This document shows, one piece after another, positions 56,784-64,000 of a stretch of DNA of 64,000 nt. Source of the stretch: an uncultured Bacilli bacterium (lineage in GTDB: Bacteria; Bacillota_I; Bacilli_A; RF39; UBA660); the NCBI GenBank assembly GCA_934096555.1, contig CAKOMD010000003.1:15489-79488 (forward strand), read 5' to 3'. The notes below the pieces were generated by a model. It was not told the origin of the DNA, searched no databases, and was given only the letters and a program-made list of their open reading frames with translations. The position numbers were made by a program, and so were the translations under genes. Position 1 is the stretch's first letter; each line of letters begins with the position of its first letter.

Positions 56784-59700
56784 TTAAAATAAACTAAGTT
56801 GACTAGTCTCAGGCATACCATTAAATATACCCATACTTCTCATCTTTTCAATTAAAGTTTGAGATACCTTACATCTAGTTTGAAAGTCCTCAATACTAAT
56901 AAATGGTGCTCTTTCTGCTTCATTTTCAATATTCTTAGCAACAACATCACCTAGGCCATCAATAGCTCTAAATGGAGGAATAATAGTCTTATCATCACCT
57001 ACAGTAAATATCATACCCTTACTCTTATATAAATCATACGGAGCAACCTTAATACCTCTCGCAGCCATTTCTAATGCTACTTTCAAACATTCAGATACAC
57101 CATTCTCTTTATTCGTAGCATCATATCCTTTACCTTCAATCTCCGTAAGAACTCTCTTAATATCATCATAACCCTTAATCATAGCCTCTATATCAAAATC
57201 AGTAGCCTTAGTACTATACCAACTAGCATAGAAGTACGCAGGCATATGTACCTTATACCAGGCAATTCTAAATGCACTAATAACATAAGCTGCAGCATGT
57301 GCTTTTGGGAACATGTACTTAATCTTAAAACAACTATCAATAAACCAAGACTCAATACCAGCCTTTTCCATTGTTTCCTTATGCTTAGCCCAAGTTTCTG
57401 GATCCTTACTAGCTTTACCCTTACGAACAAACTCCATTATCTTAAATGCTTTAATAGGTTCTACTCCATGATACATAAGATAAACCATTATATCATCACG
57501 ACAGCCAATAACTTCTTTAAATGGAACAATATTATTCTTAATAAGTTCTTGAGCATTACCAAGCCATACATCAGTACCATGTGATAATCCAGATATCTTA
57601 ATTAATTCTGCAAAAGTAGTAGGTTTAGTTTCATATACCAAACTAATAGTAAATGGAGTTCCAAACTCAGGAATACCAAGCGTACCAGTATCGCACATAA
57701 TTTGCTCGTTAGTAACACCAAGTGCTTTAGTAGAAGTAAATATACTCATCGTATCCTTATCATCAAGAGGAACTTTAGATACATCAGTTCCAGATAATTC
57801 TTGAATAAGTCTAAGTTGCGTTGGATCAGAATGACCTAATATATCAAGTTTAAGCAAATCCTGATCAATAGCATGGTAATCAAAGTGCGTTGTTCTCCAT
57901 GCACTCGTAGGATCTTCCGCTGGAAATTGGAAAGGAGTAAAGTCAGATACATCCATATAATCAGGTACAACAACAATACCACCAGGATGCTGACCAGTCG
58001 TTCTCTTAACACCAGTACATCCCATAGCAAGTCTTTCTATCTCACAAGACCTCTTATTAGTAATACCTTTATCTTCAAAATAACCCTTAACAAAACCAAA
58101 CGCTGTCTTCTCTGCAACAGTACCAATAGTACCTGCTCTATAAACATTATCAACACCAAATAATACCTTTGTATATTCATGTGCAGATGCTTGATTCAAA
58201 TCCGAAAAATTAAGGTCAATATCCGGTACCTTATCAGCATTAAATCCAAGGAATGTAGCAAATGGCATATCCTGACCATCTTTATATAATCTTTCACCAC
58301 ATACAGGACACATCTTATCAGGTAAATCAAATCCACTAGAATAAGTAGCACCTAAGTCCTTACCATCATCATCCTTAAATATACTATGCTTACACTTTAA
58401 ACATCTATAATGAGCAGGAAGAGGATTAACCTCAGTAATACCCATCATCGTAGCTACAAATGAAGAACCAACACTACCTCTTGAACCAACTAAAAATCCC
58501 TCATCATTAGAGTGTTTAACAAGTCTTTGAGCAATTAGATATATCGGATCAAATCCACCTCCAATAACACCACCAAATAACTTCTTAACTTTCTTTTCTA
58601 ATGCCTTATCAGTAAGTTCTCCGTCTTCTTCAGCCCAGTGTTCCCTAACATAATTAGTAACTAGTTCCTTAACAGTATCATAGCCACTAATCAAAGTATT
58701 ATGTAAATTCTCAAATAACTTATTCTCAAACTCTTCATTACTAATATCCTGGTATTCATTCTTTAATTTTTCTTCCCAGCATTTATATACAATATTACCA
58801 TATAACTCTGTAGATATTCTCTCTTCAATATTATGTGGTAGATTATCACCATACCAGTCCTTAGCTCTATTAAATACAAGGTCAGTAACTACTCTAGGAC
58901 AGTCCAAATAAGACTTACCATCATCGCTCTTAACTCTTGGTGAAAAAGGAATACCACCAGTATCAATAATAACCTCAATCTCCTGAGCCATATCAAGAAC
59001 CATATTAGTATTAGTAACAACTATCTCATAAGCAAGTTCTTCTCCTAGAAAAGCAAAATCATTAAGCATTTCTTTCGTAGTCCTAAAGTGCTGTGAAGGA
59101 ATTGAAGTAATACTACTCTTAGCAAGAGGATGTCTACCACCACCAGGTACCTTTTGATTAACAATAATTTCTCTATATATCTTGTCTTCTCTAGTAAAAT
59201 GATGTACATCACCAGTAGCCACAATAATCTTACCAGCCTCTTTAGTAGCAGTAATAATCTTCTTAATATGTTCTTTAATCTCATTCTCATCCTTAAAATC
59301 ACTAGTCTGAATCAAATGACCATACACTTCTGGAGGTTGTACTTCAACATAGTCATAGAAGTTAATAATATTAGTAAGTTCCTCTCCTTCTTTACTTCTA
59401 GCCTCAATAAATACTTCACTTTCGTAGCAGCCACTACCAATAATAAGACCCTCTCTTAGTTCATTAAGTTTACTTCTTAGTATTCTTGGAGTCTTATATA
59501 AATAAGTAGTATTAGCAAGAGATATAATCTTAAATAAATTTTTAAGACCTTTCTTATTAAGAGCAATAGCATTAAAATGATATGTTCTACCAAACTTATA
59601 TATCTCATCTTTAGGAATAAGCTTATCTAAATCACTAATCTTACTTAAATTCTGCATAGTAAGTTTACTAATCATCTTATGAAATACATAAGCAGTACCT

Positions 59701-61409
59701 TCAGCATCATAATCTGCTCTATGATGAGCATCCTCTTCCCAAGGAACATTATATCTCTTAACCAAAGCAGATAAACTATGTCTAGAATATCCTGTATCAA
59801 TAGCTCTAGATAATTCTAATGTATCAATAACCGTATTCTGAAATTCACCTAAATTATATTTCTTCATTGCACTAGAAATAAATGAAATATCAAATTTAGC
59901 ATTATGAGCTACCATTGGTAAATCACCAGTCCACGCTAAGAATCTCTTAGTAACATTCTCTTCATTATCCTTACCCTTAACCATCTCATCAGTAATACAA
60001 GTAAGCGCGGTAATCTTGTCAGGAATATGTCTTCCTGGATCAATAAGTTCATCAAATCTATCAATAATAGTACCATCTTTAATCTTAACAGCACCAATTT
60101 CTATCATTTGGTCAGTACCACCAGCATTAAAACCAGTAGTCTCAGTATCAAATACCACAAAAGTAGTACCCAATAGAGGTCTATCATCACTTCTAACTAC
60201 AATATCGACAGTATCATCTACCACTGTAAGTTCAGTACCATATAGTCCCTTAAAATGCTTACTAGGATCTTCTATTCCCTTATTATGACCAGATATAATA
60301 CCATAAGCAATAGGAAAGGCCTGACAGCCACTATGATCGGTAATAGCAACACCTCTATAACCCATATCAATGCATCTACTTACAAGTTCACAAGTATGTT
60401 TACCAAGATCTATTCCAGTAATACCATCCATTTGACTCATCATTGTATGAGCATGAAGTTCTACTCTTTTAACAGGAGCATCATCCACTATCTCCTCAGC
60501 TACAGGCTTCTCTATCTTTTCTACATCTTTATATCTCGTAGTAAAAGTAAGTTCATTAGAAAACTTATCCATAGCTACTTTACCATAAAAATTATACCAA
60601 GAACCAACTTTCAGTAAATCCTTAATTCTAGCATATTCATCATTATCTTTAGTAAACATCTTAACATAAATACTATCATTATTATCAGTAACCTTAAGAG
60701 TGATAATTTTATAACCACTCTTAGATTCAAACATATCCATACCAAAGATAACACCTTCTATGGTAATATTATCTACTTCATACATTAAATCCTTAATCGG
60801 AGTAACACTTGTATCCTTCTTAGGTCTAAAGTACTTCTTCTCTTCAGTCTTAACTTCACTAGCAGTCTCTTTCTTAGGACTAACTACTTTAGGAGCCTCT
60901 ACCACTTTTTCACTCTCTATTTCTTTAAGTAATTCATTTTCTTTTTCTTCTACTAAACTAAGTTCTAAATTCTTATTAAAACCATAATCTTTAAGACAAT
61001 TATTAATATAATTAAGTTTCTCAATCAAATAAGAATTTTCTGCTTTATTATATACTTCAAATACATATTTATTATCTAAAATATTAACATTTCTACCAAT
61101 AAATACTCTATATTTATAACTATCATTACTAAATATATTAATTAAATTATCTATATAATCATTAATATACTCATCATTATCTTCACTTACTATAACACTA
61201 AGTTTAATATCTTCAATAGTACTAAAATTAATCTTAATCTTATTAATAAGTTCAGTATATATATATACAGGTAGTATCTTATCATTTTCAATAATAAAAT
61301 TCCATAATTTATTATTATCATAGACTACTATCTTCTTAATACTAGCCTTTTCTAAATAGTCAGTATTCATACCAATTTGATCTAGTAATCTCTTCATTTT
61401 ATCTTGCAT
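56784..61409 (-). CDS. polC: DNA polymerase III PolC-type alpha subunit
   Basis: 1541 aa with OB, PHP, DnaQ-like exonuclease (VVFDTETTG) and polymerase core domains. Confidence 0.97.
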   Translation of the reverse strand: MQDKMKRLLDQIGMNTDYLEKASIKKIVVYDNNKLWNFIIENDKILPVYIYTELINKIKINFSTIEDIKLSVIVSEDNDEYINDYIDNLINIFSNDSYKYRVFIGRNVNILDNKYVFEVYNKAENSYLIEKLNYINNCLKDYGFNKNLELSLVEEKENELLKEIESEKVVEAPKVVSPKKETASEVKTEEKKYFRPKKDTSVTPIKDLMYEVDNITIEGVIFGMDMFESKSGYKIITLKVTDNNDSIYVKMFTKDNDEYARIKDLLKVGSWYNFYGKVAMDKFSNELTFTTRYKDVEKIEKPVAEEIVDDAPVKRVELHAHTMMSQMDGITGIDLGKHTCELVSRCIDMGYRGVAITDHSGCQAFPIAYGIISGHNKGIEDPSKHFKGLYGTELTVVDDTVDIVVRSDDRPLLGTTFVVFDTETTGFNAGGTDQMIEIGAVKIKDGTIIDRFDELIDPGRHIPDKITALTCITDEMVKGKDNEENVTKRFLAWTGDLPMVAHNAKFDISFISSAMKKYNLGEFQNTVIDTLELSRAIDTGYSRHSLSALVKRYNVPWEEDAHHRADYDAEGTAYVFHKMISKLTMQNLSKISDLDKLIPKDEIYKFGRTYHFNAIALNKKGLKNLFKIISLANTTYLYKTPRILRSKLNELREGLIIGSGCYESEVFIEARSKEGEELTNIINFYDYVEVQPPEVYGHLIQTSDFKDENEIKEHIKKIITATKEAGKIIVATGDVHHFTREDKIYREIIVNQKVPGGGRHPLAKSSITSIPSQHFRTTKEMLNDFAFLGEELAYEIVVTNTNMVLDMAQEIEVIIDTGGIPFSPRVKSDDGKSYLDCPRVVTDLVFNRAKDWYGDNLPHNIEERISTELYGNIVYKCWEEKLKNEYQDISNEEFENKLFENLHNTLISGYDTVKELVTNYVREHWAEEDGELTDKALEKKVKKLFGGVIGGGFDPIYLIAQRLVKHSNDEGFLVGSRGSVGSSFVATMMGITEVNPLPAHYRCLKCKHSIFKDDDGKDLGATYSSGFDLPDKMCPVCGERLYKDGQDMPFATFLGFNADKVPDIDLNFSDLNQASAHEYTKVLFGVDNVYRAGTIGTVAEKTAFGFVKGYFEDKGITNKRSCEIERLAMGCTGVKRTTGQHPGGIVVVPDYMDVSDFTPFQFPAEDPTSAWRTTHFDYHAIDQDLLKLDILGHSDPTQLRLIQELSGTDVSKVPLDDKDTMSIFTSTKALGVTNEQIMCDTGTLGIPEFGTPFTISLVYETKPTTFAELIKISGLSHGTDVWLGNAQELIKNNIVPFKEVIGCRDDIMVYLMYHGVEPIKAFKIMEFVRKGKASKDPETWAKHKETMEKAGIESWFIDSCFKIKYMFPKAHAAAYVISAFRIAWYKVHMPAYFYASWYSTKATDFDIEAMIKGYDDIKRVLTEIEGKGYDATNKENGVSECLKVALEMAARGIKVAPYDLYKSKGMIFTVGDDKTIIPPFRAIDGLGDVVAKNIENEAERAPFISIEDFQTRCKVSQTLIEKMRSMGIFNGMPETSQLSLF

Positions 61410-61499
61410 AATACCACCTAAACTTCCTATCTAATATTATACTAAAAAAAAGAAGTAAATTAAACCTCTTTACAATCTTTTTTACAAGTTTTTATTTTA

Positions 61500-61580
61500 A
61501 GTTCGAGCCTGTAGTCTCTCACTACATAAAAAGCCTAAGGTCTTTTTATAGTAATTTAGAGCCATTAAGTCTCTAAATTA
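61500..61580 (+). repeat. three-hairpin intergenic element (family H1-H3)
   Basis: agttcgag-CCTGTAGT-ctctcact, ataaaaag-CCTAAGGT-ctttttat and taatttagag-CCATTAAGT-ctctaaatta. Confidence 0.8.
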
Positions 61581-61586
61581 ATCTAT

Positions 61587-62105
61587 TTATAAATTATTAA
61601 AAGTAATAATTACTTTAGACTTATTATTTTTAAATATAATTTTATATATCTTTATACCAATAAAATTAGTAATATTTTGAATACTATCTATTTGATATTT
61701 AGAATAGTTAAGTACTTTATTCTTAATTCTTTTATTTATAATTTTATTATTTGGTAGTGAAAATAGTAAATCTATACCATTTAAAATATCAATATCTTTA
61801 TCATCATATCTAATATGCTCGGTAATAAATCTTTCGCTATCATCTTTTTCTTCTTTACTATTTAAATCTTTTCTTCTAATTAAATACTTATAATCAGCCT
61901 TATCAACATAATAATAAGTCTTATTTCTTAGCATATAAATAATAGAAAATAACCAAGTAGCACATAAAGTAACAAATATTAAAGAATAAGTACTATTAGA
62001 AAAAGTCATTTTAAAATTAATACCAAAATAAACAATTAATACAATAAGTATAATTTGTTCTAAATACCTTAAAGGATATTTAATAGTTACAATTTTTTTT
62101 TTCAT
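61587..62105 (-). CDS. hypothetical membrane protein
   Basis: 172 aa with an AAGGAGA RBS and two N-terminal TM helices. It is the last gene of a four-gene minus-strand operon. Confidence 0.5.
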   Translation of the reverse strand: MKKKIVTIKYPLRYLEQIILIVLIVYFGINFKMTFSNSTYSLIFVTLCATWLFSIIYMLRNKTYYYVDKADYKYLIRRKDLNSKEEKDDSERFITEHIRYDDKDIDILNGIDLLFSLPNNKIINKRIKNKVLNYSKYQIDSIQNITNFIGIKIYKIIFKNNKSKVIITFNNL

Positions 62106-62117
62106 ATCAATATCTCC

Positions 62118-62567
62118 TTATATTACATTAACTATTTTAGGAAAAAACTTACATATCTTAATTTTTACTTTACCTCTATAAAAAGTCACTTTGCTATAAC
62201 TAGGTAACATAATAGACTTTTTATATTTTCTATTTCTATATAGATATTCTATAGTTATTAATGAATTATAATTATTTTCTAAATCATAAGGAGGTGTATC
62301 ACTACCTTCAAAATATATAGAATCATTTTTTATTACTTTAGCCTCTATTTCATATGTACATAACGGATTAGGGAAATTAAAATTAATCATATATAGTATG
62401 GCAATATTTAATATAAAGATTACAAACCAAATAATATATAAAAATATATCATTAATATTTGCTATAGTATCTAAATAAAATATAGATAGTATGAACAAAA
62501 ACATTAAAAAACTAAAATAAAAAATATTTTTAATAATAAATTTAAACTTAAACATCACTCTCACCAT
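62118..62567 (-). CDS. hypothetical membrane protein
   Basis: 149 aa with two N-terminal TM helices. It overlaps the upstream ORF, and its start is uncertain. Confidence 0.45.
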   Translation of the reverse strand: MVRVMFKFKFIIKNIFYFSFLMFLFILSIFYLDTIANINDIFLYIIWFVIFILNIAILYMINFNFPNPLCTYEIEAKVIKNDSIYFEGSDTPPYDLENNYNSLITIEYLYRNRKYKKSIMLPSYSKVTFYRGKVKIKICKFFPKIVNVI

Positions 62568-63030
62568 TACTATCTTTCTTTAAATATTTAGATTTATAAC
62601 TCACTACAAATAAAACTATCGTAGACAATACAATTATACAAGAAATAATAAATATTTTCAAATCAATATTAGAAATTCCAGTAAATAAAATTAAAATAAT
62701 AAGACTTAAAACAAATGGTGTTCTAAATTTTGCAACTAATTTTTCTTTATCCTTAGAGTAAAAGGCTAATCTACTTTGCCATCTTTTTATAAAAATGTAA
62801 GAGTGAAATTTTACATTTTTCTTAATTACTTTTTGTTTTTTTATAACATTATAATAATAGGTATCAATATAATTTGTAGTCGTTGGTTTAGAAATAATCT
62901 TAATAAGTACAATTTTTACTAAACAAGTTCTATATACAACATTTAATAATAAGATTAGCATTATAACTATTATTACTAATGCTATTATAGAAAGAACAGT
63001 ATCATATGTATTCATATTAACTATTAGCAA
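62548..63030 (-). CDS. hypothetical membrane protein
   Basis: 160 aa with TM helices at both ends. It overlaps the upstream ORF, and its start is uncertain. Confidence 0.45.
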   Translation of the reverse strand: MLIVNMNTYDTVLSIIALVIIVIMLILLLNVVYRTCLVKIVLIKIISKPTTTNYIDTYYYNVIKKQKVIKKNVKFHSYIFIKRWQSRLAFYSKDKEKLVAKFRTPFVLSLIILILFTGISNIDLKIFIISCIIVLSTIVLFVVSYKSKYLKKDSNGESDV

Positions 63031-63691
63031 TTATTAAAGTAAATATTATAAACAAAATAGAAATCACTGATAAAACAATTGTAGCTATAGCCTTACCTTT
63101 TTTTCTAGTCTTTAAGCCTTGTGATGCAAAGTAAAAGTCCATAATATAAACAAAGATACCATAAGCAATGCCAAAGAAAGAGCAAACAAGTCCTAGAATA
63201 GATAGCCAAAATCCAATCTCACACATCTTTTCTTTCTTTTTCATAGTTTCATCTTGAAAAGATTGAACGAAATTATTATTATTATTAATTGACTGACCTG
63301 TATTAGGGTCATAATTCATTTGATTATTTATATTTTGATTATTAAAATTATTATTCATATTCATTCCTCCATTATTTAATTTATTTATCTCTTGAAATAA
63401 TTTATTAAGAGAATTCCTGTAATCCATTGCAAGCATATTAAGACTATTTTGTTCTAGTGGGAAATCCCCTAATGCACCATCTAGCCAAGCCTCTATGATT
63501 AGATTATTACCATTGATACTATAGTTAAAACCTTTGTATCCGAGCATAGCATCTCCTGCTCTATAATACTTTTCCCCCTTCTTCTCATACATGTTAAAGC
63601 CACTTTCCTTTAAATAACTTTGTACAATATTGTTAACTAAAGTACTATCACTATTAAATGTAAGATTATAGTTACTTTTACCTTTTTTCAT
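63017..63691 (-). CDS. membrane protein with a soluble N-domain, an Asn-rich linker and a DUF4190-like C-terminal TM pair
   Basis: 224 aa with an AGAGGAGG RBS. The C-terminal block QGLKTRKKGKAIA between two TM helices resembles that of 56236-56595. Confidence 0.55.
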   Translation of the reverse strand: MKKGKSNYNLTFNSDSTLVNNIVQSYLKESGFNMYEKKGEKYYRAGDAMLGYKGFNYSINGNNLIIEAWLDGALGDFPLEQNSLNMLAMDYRNSLNKLFQEINKLNNGGMNMNNNFNNQNINNQMNYDPNTGQSINNNNNFVQSFQDETMKKKEKMCEIGFWLSILGLVCSFFGIAYGIFVYIMDFYFASQGLKTRKKGKAIATIVLSVISILFIIFTLIIANS

Positions 63692-63789
63692 TTTTACCTC
63701 CTCTATAATAATTATAACATATAATTCGTATTTTCGTATATAAAAATTAATACTTTACAAAAAATGAGACAATAAGTGTGGTGATATCT

Positions 63790-64000
63790 ATGAATTTTAG
63801 ATTACAAGACATTAGAGAAAATATGGAATTAAGCCAAAAAGAAGTCGCTGATATTTTAAAAGTATCACAGCCTACATACTCTAGGTGGGAAAAAGAAGTA
63901 GAAATAATACCATTAAATAAGTTAATATTATTAGCAAATTACTATGGTATAAGTCTTGATTACATTTGTAACTTGTCAAATATCAAAAAAGAAAGTAAAG
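63790..64000 (+). CDS. XRE-family HTH transcriptional regulator (runs off the window end)
   Basis: ATG at 63790 opens MNFRLQDIRENMELSQKEVADILKVSQPTYSRWEKEVEIIPLNKLILLANYYGISLDYI..., a classic Cro/C1 HTH. It is absent from the ORF track because no stop falls in the window. Confidence 0.75.
   Translation, partial: MNFRLQDIRENMELSQKEVADILKVSQPTYSRWEKEVEIIPLNKLILLANYYGISLDYICNLSNIKKESK

Noticed and set aside
63290-63390. Apparent DNA repeat (AAT/ATT-rich run) inside 63017-63691.
   Set aside because: It encodes an Asn-rich low-complexity linker (NNFNNQNINNQMN...NNNNF) within an otherwise coherent ORF. It is compositional, not a structured tandem repeat.

Overview
This is a very AT-rich, low-GC Firmicute-type chromosome segment centred on the replication origin. 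From 214 to 44980 almost every real gene is on the minus strand; the only exception is a two-gene plus-strand operon at 3447-5809. The order is a Bacillus/Clostridium-like origin-proximal one. Reading the minus strand: HerA-like ATPase, dnaA, dnaN, comK-like, recF, gyrB, gyrA, a short 4.5S-type SRP RNA, a 1.3 kb gene-free stretch, tadA, dnaX, ybaB, recR, bofA-like, holB, ricT/yaaT, yabB-type methyltransferase, rsmI, pth, mfd, spoVT, T-box leader-dut-metG, tatD, 3D-domain protein, spoIID, M23 peptidase (spoIIQ position), spoIIID, mbl, rpiB, dusB, RDD protein, lysS, a transporter and clpC. Then come the plus-strand envelope operon, DUF951, an abgT-family transporter, ychF and the start of pepF. 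Beyond dnaA lie an ltaS-like sulfatase, a GT2 glycosyltransferase, tmcAL, mutM, polA and polC. Between polA and polC sits an orphan soluble VirD4/TraG-like ATPase with an AraC-type regulator and a zinc-ribbon membrane protein. After polC come a four-gene operon of small membrane proteins and an XRE regulator. No rRNA, tRNA, CRISPR, IS element or prophage is visible. The most interesting signals are non-coding. (1) The gene-free stretch 32430-33567 is an array of eight parS (ParB/Spo0J) sites, seven of them preceded at a fixed 3-4 nt spacing by a DnaA-box-like 9-mer. (2) There are four copies of the Noc-binding palindrome TATTTCCCGGGAAATA. (3) A family of 21 tandem intergenic hairpins, with covarying stems and an invariant AG|CC...GT|CT apex, occupies most of the long intergenic spacers. 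(4) A T-box leader controls a dut-metG operon. (5) Three DnaA-box clusters surround dnaA/dnaN. Sporulation genes plus a short SRP RNA suggest an Erysipelotrichia/Clostridia-like spore former, but taxonomy cannot be fixed from this window alone.
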